A stretch of DNA of 46,935 bases from Bacteroidota bacterium (GTDB taxonomy: Bacteria; Bacteroidota; Bacteroidia; Bacteroidales; JAIPAH01): NCBI GenBank assembly GCA_051747665.1, contig JBNJGK010000002.1, positions 2,267 to 49,201 on the forward strand, in the 5' to 3' direction. Position numbers and translations under genes: made by a program. Below, in pieces: positions 8,276-16,032 of this stretch (positions within the stretch are counted from its first letter, which is position 1; each line of letters opens with the position of its first letter). The notes below the pieces were generated by a model, which saw only the letters and a list, made by a program, of their open reading frames with translations, was not told the DNA's origin and made no database searches.

Positions 8276-10246
8276 ATGAAGCTTTCGGTAATCATTGTTA
8301 ACTACAATGTAAAACATTTCCTTGACCAATGCCTGCACTCGGTTAAAATTGCATCCCGGGATTTGGCCATAGAGACCATTGTGGTAGACAATCGATCTGT
8401 TGATGGCTCTGTAGAAATGGTCAGGGAAAAATACCCATGGGTAAAGATGATTGCCAACCAGGAAAATACAGGCTTTTCCAAAGCAAACAACCAGGGAATC
8501 AAAGTATCTTCCGGAGAATATGTCTTGTTATTGAATCCTGACACCATCGTTGAGCACAACACGTTCGTAAAAATTATCGAATTCATGGATGCTCATCCTG
8601 ATGCGGGCGGCCTGGGTGTTAAAATGGTTGACGGCAATGGCAATTTCCTGCCTGAATCCAAGCGCGGACTACCCACTCCTGAAGTTTCATTTTACAAGAT
8701 TTTCGGTCTCTCTCGCCTTTTTCCACGCTCCAAAAGATTTTCAAAATACCACCTCGGCCATTTAGACCCGGATGAAACGCATGAGGTAGAAATTCTGGCA
8801 GGAGCCTTCATGCTGCTGCGAAAAGAGGCACTCGAAAAAACCGGCCTGCTTGACGAAGACTTTTTTATGTATGGCGAAGATATAGACCTTTCATACCGCA
8901 TCATCAAAGCCGGCTACAAAAACTATTACTTTCCTGAAACCCGCATCATACATTATAAAGGCGAAAGCACTAAGAAGGGCAGCATCAATTACGTTTTTGT
9001 GTTTTATAATGCGATGATCATTTTTGCACGGAAACATTTTTCCAGGAAGAACGCCCGCTTGTTTTCCTTTTTTATCAATATTGCCATTTATTTCAGGGCC
9101 TCAGTGGCTATTCTGAACCGTTTCTGGAAACAAGCGCTCATTCCTGTGTTAGACGCAGTAATGTTAACTGTAGGAGTCATCGTTATTAAAAACTTATGGG
9201 AAAACAATGTTATTTTTCCTGATGGCGGCCATTTTCCGCAGGAACTGGTTACCATTATGATTCCTGCATACATAGTAATCTGGCTCTTTTCCGTGTTTTT
9301 GAGCGGAGGATACGACCGGCCTGTGTTTTTTTATAAAATCCTGCGCGGTTATTTGGTAGGTACGTTGGTGATCTTAGCTGCATATGGCCTGTTGAGTGAA
9401 GAATACCGCTTTAGCAGGGCCGTGATAGTTATGGGAGCGGCTTGGGGAATGCTTTCAAGCACCGCCATACGTTATTTTATTAAAACGCTGAACCTGAAAA
9501 ACTATCAAATTGGAGAAAAACCGGCACGCAGATTTTTGGTTGTTGCTAATAACGAAGAAGGCAGTCGCATCACGGATATCATCCGCAATACGCATGGCAA
9601 TCCGGAATTTATCGGGCTGGTAAGCCTTCAGCCTGAAGATGCTAAAAACCCCGGCTATCTGGGTACAATCAACAATATCAAGGAAATCATCATCATCTAT
9701 AAAATCAATGAAATTATTTTCAGCGCCGAAGATATTAAAGCCCGCGATATCATAGACCAAATGGCTGCACTCCAGGATTTGCAGGTTGATTACAAAATTG
9801 CTCCCCCAAAGAGTTACAGCATTATCGGAAGCAACAGCATCACTACCACCGGCGATTTGTATATCGTAGACATCAATTCCATCGGAAAACCCGGCAACCG
9901 GCGTAATAAGCGCCTTCTTGACTTCGTACTTGCTTTGCTTTTCTTTATCTCCTGGCCCGTAACAGCATTCTTTATTAAACATCCGTTTGCCTTCTTCAAA
10001 AATACCATAAGCGTATTGTCAGGCAAAAAAACATGGGTGGGATATATCAACTTCTCAGAAAAAGATGCCTTAAGCCTCCCCAAACTACGCAGCGGGATTT
10101 TATCACCAGCCGACGCCATCAGTCAGCTAAAGCTAAACGAAGATACCAAGCAACGTTTAAACCTGCTTTATGCCCGCAACTATAATGTTTACAATGACTT
10201 AAACATCATCCTGAAAAGCTTCAAGCATTTAGGTCGCAAGCCTTAA
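8276..10246 (+). CDS. Family 2 glycosyltransferase fused to a multi-TM region and a degenerate polyprenyl-phosphate sugar transferase-like C-terminus
   Basis: The N-terminal GT2 domain has VIIVNYN, VVDNRSVDGS, NTGFSKANNQG, LLLNPDT and GEDIDLSYR. The middle region is hydrophobic. The C-terminus has KRLLDFVLALLFFISWPV, then VLSGKKTWVGY and YNDLNIILKS, which resemble the first helix and the tail of Bac_transf domains. Confidence 0.8.
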   Translation: MKLSVIIVNYNVKHFLDQCLHSVKIASRDLAIETIVVDNRSVDGSVEMVREKYPWVKMIANQENTGFSKANNQGIKVSSGEYVLLLNPDTIVEHNTFVKIIEFMDAHPDAGGLGVKMVDGNGNFLPESKRGLPTPEVSFYKIFGLSRLFPRSKRFSKYHLGHLDPDETHEVEILAGAFMLLRKEALEKTGLLDEDFFMYGEDIDLSYRIIKAGYKNYYFPETRIIHYKGESTKKGSINYVFVFYNAMIIFARKHFSRKNARLFSFFINIAIYFRASVAILNRFWKQALIPVLDAVMLTVGVIVIKNLWENNVIFPDGGHFPQELVTIMIPAYIVIWLFSVFLSGGYDRPVFFYKILRGYLVGTLVILAAYGLLSEEYRFSRAVIVMGAAWGMLSSTAIRYFIKTLNLKNYQIGEKPARRFLVVANNEEGSRITDIIRNTHGNPEFIGLVSLQPEDAKNPGYLGTINNIKEIIIIYKINEIIFSAEDIKARDIIDQMAALQDLQVDYKIAPPKSYSIIGSNSITTTGDLYIVDINSIGKPGNRRNKRLLDFVLALLFFISWPVTAFFIKHPFAFFKNTISVLSGKKTWVGYINFSEKDALSLPKLRSGILSPADAISQLKLNEDTKQRLNLLYARNYNVYNDLNIILKSFKHLGRKP

Positions 10247-10368
10247 CGCTACGAATTTTGCAGGTTTTTTAGTTTCATATGCATGTAACTTGAATGTGAT
10301 GCGTTTAAGTGCTTACGTGCGTAAGTGTTTAGGTATGTTAGATTGCGGGGTTCGGGTTTGTAATTTGT

Positions 10369-10550
10369 GGTAATTTATTACCTGTCCCGAAAAATTGCGC
10401 AGCAAGATTTTACCGGGGTAATTGATTCTTTAAAGTCTAATGAAATTTACTTGGCATTTCATGCGGTAAAAGGTGAAAATGCGAAGCGAAATTTCACGTG
10501 GTAATTTCTGTCCATTGACCCCTGTTGAAACACAAATAAGTTTCACAGGG
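10369..10550. other. Four tandem GGTAAW-headed hairpin units (candidate structured RNA or repeat element)
   Basis: GGTAAT/GGTAAA occurs at 10369, 10417, 10465 and 10500. The hairpins are about 10386-10418 (imperfect), ATGAAAT/ATTTCAT at 10440-10462, GTGAAA/TTTCAC at 10473-10497, and CCTGT(T)GAAAC/GTTTCACAGG(G) at 10520-10550 (11 bp, 1 bulge). Confidence 0.5.
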
Positions 10551-10680
10551 CAAGCCACTCATCTGGAAATTAACTTATCACTAATCAACCAATTAACAAT
10601 TCACCAATCAACAATTCACTATTCACCCTTCCATCTAGTCTTCAAGTGAAGAGGATCAACAATTTTTAAAATGTGATTGG

Positions 10681-12021
10681 CTATATCGCCAGCAACCACG
10701 TGGCTATACTAAAATAGATTACTACTCCTAAAATATCGGCAATAGAAGTAATCAGCGGAGCGCTGGCTGTAGCCGGGTCAAGGTTCAGCTTGGTAAAAAC
10801 AAACGGCATCAACAGTCCTAACAAGCTTCCTGCCATCACTGTAAGTACCATAGTTATGGCAACAACCGCGATGATATCCGGAGCTCTGAACGTGGCAATA
10901 AGGCTAACACCAGCAGCCATTGTAACCCCCAGCAGAAAAGAAACCAAAAACTCACGGCCAAAAAGTTTCCACCAGTCTTTAGGTTCCACATCTCCCACAG
11001 CAAGCGAGCGAATCATAAGCGTGGCAGACTGAGCTCCCGCATTACCGCTGCTGGCAATCAACAACGGCAAGAAAAACAGCAGCGAGACCATCGAAGTGAT
11101 GGTATCCTGAAAATGCTCAATAGCTGCCCCGGAAAATATATTCATAAACACGAGCGCCGTAAGCCAGAATATCCTGTTTTTGTACAGAAGCATAATTCGT
11201 GCTTTAAGCGGATTGACCACCGCATCCTGAAAAGAACCAAATTTATGGAAGTCTTCTGTAGTTTCCATCTCTACGATATCCATCACGTCATCCACAGTCA
11301 CAATCCCAATCAGCAAACCATCGGTATCCACTACCGGTAAAGCCACCCGGTCATGATCCTTAAACACCTTAATCGCCATCTCCTGATCATCAAAGGCACT
11401 CAGGGCCACAAATTTGTTGTCCATAATTTCTTCGATGGTCTGATCGGGTCTTGCCAGAATAATTTCCCGGATACGTATATCATCAATAAGTTTCCATTTA
11501 TCATCAATGACATATACCACATTAAGGGTTTCAGAGTCTTTGCCATGTTTGCGGATTTCCTCCAGCGCTTCAGATACAGTATAATAAGGCCGCACGGCTA
11601 CATATTCCGGTGTCATCAATCGTCCGATACTGTATACCGGATATCCCAATAGCTTGGTGGCTACTTTGCGTTCTTCAGGAGATAAGAGCTGTATCAGTCG
11701 CTGACTGATTTCTCCGGGAAGCTCTTCAAATAAGGCCGTTCTGTCGTCTGGGTCAAGCTCATTCAGCAAACTGGTTATTTTATGCACGTTTTGTGCCAGC
11801 GCTGTGATAATATGTTCCTGCTTCTCATAAGAAAGATTCTGGAACGTATCTTTTGATAATTCTTTGGGCAGCAATCGGAATACTATAACACTCTCCTGAT
11901 CTTCCAGATCTTCAATGATTTCAGCTATTTCTACAGGCTCATATTCCATAACCTCTGCGCGCAGTTGTTTCCATTCCTGCTGCTCCAGAAGTTCTTCCAT
12001 CCTTTCGAGTGTCTCTGTCAT
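10681..12021 (-). CDS. mgtE: Magnesium transporter MgtE
   Basis: Acidic N-terminal domain, CBS pair (ALPVVDTDGLLIGIVTVDDVMD), and C-terminal TM domain with GNAGAQSATLMIRSLAVG and ASAPLITSIADILGV. Confidence 0.9.
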   Translation of the reverse strand: MTETLERMEELLEQQEWKQLRAEVMEYEPVEIAEIIEDLEDQESVIVFRLLPKELSKDTFQNLSYEKQEHIITALAQNVHKITSLLNELDPDDRTALFEELPGEISQRLIQLLSPEERKVATKLLGYPVYSIGRLMTPEYVAVRPYYTVSEALEEIRKHGKDSETLNVVYVIDDKWKLIDDIRIREIILARPDQTIEEIMDNKFVALSAFDDQEMAIKVFKDHDRVALPVVDTDGLLIGIVTVDDVMDIVEMETTEDFHKFGSFQDAVVNPLKARIMLLYKNRIFWLTALVFMNIFSGAAIEHFQDTITSMVSLLFFLPLLIASSGNAGAQSATLMIRSLAVGDVEPKDWWKLFGREFLVSFLLGVTMAAGVSLIATFRAPDIIAVVAITMVLTVMAGSLLGLLMPFVFTKLNLDPATASAPLITSIADILGVVIYFSIATWLLAI

Positions 12022-12115
12022 GATACTTCCCTAAATAAGACCTGACTTCTATACAGCCAAATCGATTCAACTTCATATGAAAGGAACACAGCAACCAGTC
12101 CGCGCTCCTGCAATG

Positions 12116-12123
12116 CAAATGTA
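12116..12123 (-). promoter_or_regulatory. Bacteroidota-type -7 promoter box for mgtE
   Basis: The plus-strand sequence CAAATGTA reads TACATTTG on the minus strand, an 8/8 match, about 95 nt upstream of the mgtE ATG. Confidence 0.35.
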
Positions 12124-12398
12124 AATGATATTTTCTTTTATGAAAGACTTCTGATGATTACCTTTATTTCTTAATCTGCAAAAAAATGGTGAATCGTGGG
12201 GATGAAAGAGAATTAGCAACTTTTCAGTTAAAACTTTGCGATTTTTGGCAAAAAACAAATTTCAAATACGAAACAAAATGCTTGGTTATTCAGGGTTAAT
12301 ACATCAATGTTTATCTGGTTTTAACAGTTTTTTGCAAACCATTAGCAAACCAAAGAAATCAGGAGCTGTTTCTTGCTAAAACAAAATCTAAGATACCC

Positions 12399-13418
12399 AT
12401 GGAGAAACAAACGAGCGCTTACATCGGAGCTATTATGTTACCATTCAGACTTACAACAGCCTGGCTCTTTCTATCAGCAGTCTGGCGAAGGCTGGTTCTT
12501 GCTCCCGAAAAACACGTTTTTGAAAGCGAACAGTGGATGGGTCATAAAATCAACACCTTTTTCCCGCATTCCAATGGCCCTTTCCATTGGATGCTCGACT
12601 ACTTGCTCCAAAACCCTGTACCACTCGATATTTTTGTATGGCTCTTTACGATTAGTGAGCTTATTTTGGGTCTATTGCTTGTAGCAGGAATTTTGTCTCG
12701 TTTCACCGGCCTTTTCCTTGCCGGGATGGCATTTGGCCTGATGCATACTGCCGGTTGGCTGGGACCTACATGTCTTGATGAATGGCAAATTGCCTCTTTA
12801 TTGATTACAGGTGGCATTATGATGGCAATTACTGGAAGCGGCCGTTTCAGTGCTGATTATTGGCTTAACCAACGATATCCGCATCTTAAAAATAAAAAAT
12901 GGTGGCAATTGGCTGCAATTCCAAACCACAACACAGCATCATCTAAATTTTCCAAAACGATAATTGCGATTGCTGTGGCCGTCCTGTTGTATGTTATGGG
13001 AACAAACCAGTTGCACCATGGCGGCGTTTGGGGTAAATTGCACAACTACTCCAAAGTGCCGGGAATGATTGTGAGTGAAGCTGAAGCTGTCTCTGAAAAC
13101 ACCCTCGAATTTAACCTATATCGTGATAAGGGCCCCGAGGCCCATGGTTCTTTTGTTATTCAGATACAAGTATTTGATGAAAACAATCAGTTGGTTGCTT
13201 CCTGGGACCAAAATGAATTGAAGCATTTTGACAAAAAAGATATTAATAATAAATATGTCAATAAAATAAAAGCCGGAAAGCACAGCCTTGTTGCCCCGTT
13301 GGGCGCACGGGCAGATATTACGCTGAGCGTTCCCGATTCAACTCAGCTTTTACCCGGAACTGAATACCGTGTTAAAGTTACTGAAATAGGAGGTAAAACC
13401 TTCAGCTCAAAAAAGTAA
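12399..13418 (+). CDS. DoxX/DoxD-like membrane protein with a C-terminal soluble extension
   Basis: The N-terminal ~200 aa is hydrophobic and DoxX-like (RLTTAWLFLSAVWRRL...). The C-terminal ~130 aa is hydrophilic and beta-rich. The alternative frame ORF 12373-12684 was rejected. Confidence 0.55.
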   Translation: MEKQTSAYIGAIMLPFRLTTAWLFLSAVWRRLVLAPEKHVFESEQWMGHKINTFFPHSNGPFHWMLDYLLQNPVPLDIFVWLFTISELILGLLLVAGILSRFTGLFLAGMAFGLMHTAGWLGPTCLDEWQIASLLITGGIMMAITGSGRFSADYWLNQRYPHLKNKKWWQLAAIPNHNTASSKFSKTIIAIAVAVLLYVMGTNQLHHGGVWGKLHNYSKVPGMIVSEAEAVSENTLEFNLYRDKGPEAHGSFVIQIQVFDENNQLVASWDQNELKHFDKKDINNKYVNKIKAGKHSLVAPLGARADITLSVPDSTQLLPGTEYRVKVTEIGGKTFSSKK

Positions 13419-13490
13419 ATCTAAACGCAACGAAACAGGTTTTCATTTAAGATAAGGAACCTGTATCTTTACAGCACAAAAAATGTATTG

Positions 13491-14159
13491 ATGAAACACT
13501 TAGTAGCGCCTTCGATGCTTTCGGCAGATTTTGCCAATCTTCAAAAAGAAATAGAGATGGTTAATGCCAGTGATGCCGACTGGTTTCACCTGGATGTAAT
13601 GGACGGCATGTTCGTTCCCAACATCACTTTTGGAATGCCTGTAATTTCAGCCATGAAAAAGCATGCTGAAAAACCTTTTGATGTTCACCTGATGATTGAA
13701 AGCCCCGAAAGATTTATTGCCGACTTTGCCCGTGCCGGTGCAGATATCCTTACGGTACAATACGAAACCAGCCCGCACCTGCACCGTACAATCCAGCAAA
13801 TCAAAGAAAACAATATGAAAGCAGGTGTGGCTGTCAACCCGCATACACCCGTAGAACTTTTGGAAAATGTGCTGCAAGATCTGGACATGGTGCTGGTGAT
13901 GTCAGTCAATCCAGGTTTTGGAGGTCAAAAATTCATCCTTAATACATACAAGAAGCTCGATAAGTTGATGAGAATGAAGTCAGAGCTTAATGCCAACTTC
14001 CTCACAGAAGTAGATGGAGGGGTAACTATCCATAATGCGGCCGACCTTGTAGCTTCAGGTGTAGATATTTTGGTTGCCGGCAGCACCGTTTTTAAATCGG
14101 GAAATCCGGCACAAATCATACGCACTCTAAAAAGTGCCCGGAAAACAACTCAGGCATGA
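13491..14159 (+). CDS. rpe: Ribulose-phosphate 3-epimerase
   Basis: APSMLSADFANL, HLDVMDGMFVPNITFG, DVHLM, MSVNPGFGGQKF and EVDGG are present. The ATG at 13491 is preferred over TTG 13488. Confidence 0.92.
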   Translation: MKHLVAPSMLSADFANLQKEIEMVNASDADWFHLDVMDGMFVPNITFGMPVISAMKKHAEKPFDVHLMIESPERFIADFARAGADILTVQYETSPHLHRTIQQIKENNMKAGVAVNPHTPVELLENVLQDLDMVLVMSVNPGFGGQKFILNTYKKLDKLMRMKSELNANFLTEVDGGVTIHNAADLVASGVDILVAGSTVFKSGNPAQIIRTLKSARKTTQA

Positions 14160-14296
14160 TTTAAAACTTATATCCTGAAACCTCGCTCTATGTGCTTTCA
14201 AAATCAAATGTCTGCAAAGACGAGTTCACATAATTAAAGCGAGAAACTATAAGCATAGCATCCGGAATCATGAGACTAAAAAATAAATGCAGTAGT

Positions 14297-14797
14297 TTAC
14301 GCCTGCTTTTTATAGAAAAACGCTACATAAACGCTAAACAGCAGCATAGTTGAAACCTGAATCCAAAGCGCTGTGCTTATTAAGGAGCCCTCCAGAACTG
14401 CCCATTGCAGCAAGGCAAATTTCAGCAGATAATAAACAAATTTACTTGCTACTATACTGGCCAGAATTGCTGTAAAGCGTGTTTTAAAGAAACGGAAAAA
14501 GGCAAAAAACAAGGCCACATTCAAAACCAGTTCTCCACTGATTAAAAAAGCTTTAAACAGAACCGGATGCCCGGAAAGTAAAAAACTCACTATTGGGAGT
14601 GTTGCAGCCAGAATATAGGCATTGTTGCGATTAGTATGCACTAAAGCCAGAATCAACACCAAACGCATGGGCTCAAAAAGATACAATGGAAATGCCAAGG
14701 CATGCGAGATGGCAGGAATAAAATAAATCAGTGCAATCGCTAAAATATTGAATATAATGGGATAAGAATACCTCCGTTGTAAAGTAAGTGTTGTCAT
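14297..14797 (-). CDS. Small integral membrane protein of unknown function (about 5 TM)
   Basis: 166-aa uniformly hydrophobic ORF with no recognisable motif. It is divergent from the DUF362 gene. Confidence 0.6.
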   Translation of the reverse strand: MTTLTLQRRYSYPIIFNILAIALIYFIPAISHALAFPLYLFEPMRLVLILALVHTNRNNAYILAATLPIVSFLLSGHPVLFKAFLISGELVLNVALFFAFFRFFKTRFTAILASIVASKFVYYLLKFALLQWAVLEGSLISTALWIQVSTMLLFSVYVAFFYKKQA

Positions 14798-14985
14798 AGC
14801 TGCTTAGTTTTATTTCTTCTTTACAAATATACATGGTTTTGATAATTTTTTTCGCCAATCAATATTTTATAATCATTACAAATAAGCGTTGTCATTCTGT
14901 ATTTTATCATATTCTTTCTATTTTTACGATTCAAATCATGAGTTTAGGATAAAAAGATGGTTTTTTGTCAAAATCAAGACGAAAA

Positions 14986-15038
14986 AAATTTTTAACCCAT
15001 CGTTTATAAGTAATTGTGATTGAGAGGGTTAAAAATTT
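14986..15038. promoter_or_regulatory. Perfect 13-bp inverted repeat with a 27-nt spacer in the divergent promoter region
   Basis: AAATTTTTAACCC (14986-14998) pairs with GGGTTAAAAATTT (15026-15038). The element lies 68 nt upstream of ATG 15107. Confidence 0.5.
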
Positions 15039-15106
15039 CATACAAGGCAAATCTTGGCAATTAAGTCACTTATCAGACCTGGCTCATTCATAAAAAGCAA
15101 CTTGGC

Positions 15107-16030
15107 ATGAAAAGAAGGAAATTCATAGAGCAAAGCGTAAAAGCCGGAATATACACCGGCGCATTTATATCCTTAGGAAAATATGGCAACGTCATTGCCA
15201 ACACGGTTATGAACGAGGAGATTCCTTACGACCTGGTGGCTGTTACCGGAGGCGAGCCTGTGCAGATGTATCAGCGTGCCATTAGTGCCATGGGTGGTAT
15301 GGAGCAATATGTTAAAAAAGGACAAACCGTTGTGGTAAAGCCCAATATCGGGTGGGATGTAATCCCCGAAAAGGGAGCCAATACGAATCCAAACCTTGTG
15401 GGAGCCATCATAAAATCATGTTTTGAAGCAGGCGCAAAGCAAGTATATGTGTTTGACCATACTTGCGACGAATGGAAAAAATGTTATAAAAACAGCAAGA
15501 TCGAGAAAGCTGCAGAAGAAGCCGGAGCGAAGGTTGTTCCCGGGAATTCTGAAAGATATTATGAGCCAGTTGAAATCCCTGAGGGGAAAAAACTTACATC
15601 TGCCAAAGTACATGAACTGATCCTTGAATCGGATGTTTTTATCAATGTGCCTATCCTGAAAAATCATGGTTCAGCGAAGCTTACCATTGCCATGAAAAAC
15701 CTCATGGGCATTGTTTGGGACCGCGGATACTGGCACCGAAACGACTTGCAGCAATGCATTGCTGACTTTGCCACCTGGCGTAAACCCGATCTCAATATCA
15801 TCGATGCTTATAATGTTATGATGAAAAACGGACCGCGTGGGGTTTCTGAATCGGATCTGGCCAAAATGAAATTCCTGGTAATGTCTGATGATATGGTGGC
15901 TGCCGATGCTTCCGCCGCTAAAGTTTTTGGTATGGAGCCCGGTAATGTTCCGCATATTGAGTATGCACACCAAATGGGAACCGGAAACATGAACCTGGAA
16001 AACCAAAACATAGGCAGAATCAAAATATAA
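15107..16030 (+). CDS. Tat-signal DUF362 domain protein
   Basis: Twin-arginine motif MKRRKFIEQSV. The body resembles DUF362 (VVVKPNIGW..., NVPILKNHG). Family assignment is by recall. Confidence 0.7.
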   Translation: MKRRKFIEQSVKAGIYTGAFISLGKYGNVIANTVMNEEIPYDLVAVTGGEPVQMYQRAISAMGGMEQYVKKGQTVVVKPNIGWDVIPEKGANTNPNLVGAIIKSCFEAGAKQVYVFDHTCDEWKKCYKNSKIEKAAEEAGAKVVPGNSERYYEPVEIPEGKKLTSAKVHELILESDVFINVPILKNHGSAKLTIAMKNLMGIVWDRGYWHRNDLQQCIADFATWRKPDLNIIDAYNVMMKNGPRGVSESDLAKMKFLVMSDDMVAADASAAKVFGMEPGNVPHIEYAHQMGTGNMNLENQNIGRIKI

Positions 16031-16032
16031 AT

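Noticed and set aside
10452-10466. Sigma-54 promoter-like TGGCATTTCATGC
   Set aside because: The GG-to-GC spacing is two nt shorter than the -24/-12 consensus, and no gene lies downstream in the right orientation.
10369-10550. CRISPR array
   Set aside because: The units are not identical direct repeats separated by unique spacers. Only a short GGTAAW head and the TGAAA/TTTCA core recur, unit lengths differ, and no cas genes are present.
12022-12398. M-box (Mg2+) riboswitch in the mgtE leader
   Set aside because: The distance from the candidate -7 box (12116-12123) to the mgtE ATG is only ~95 nt, shorter than an M-box aptamer, and I saw no extended conserved helices.
12373-12684. 103-aa ORF overlapping the 5' part of the DoxX-like gene in another frame
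   Set aside because: The 339-aa frame gives coherent TM helices, and the 103-aa frame looks random.
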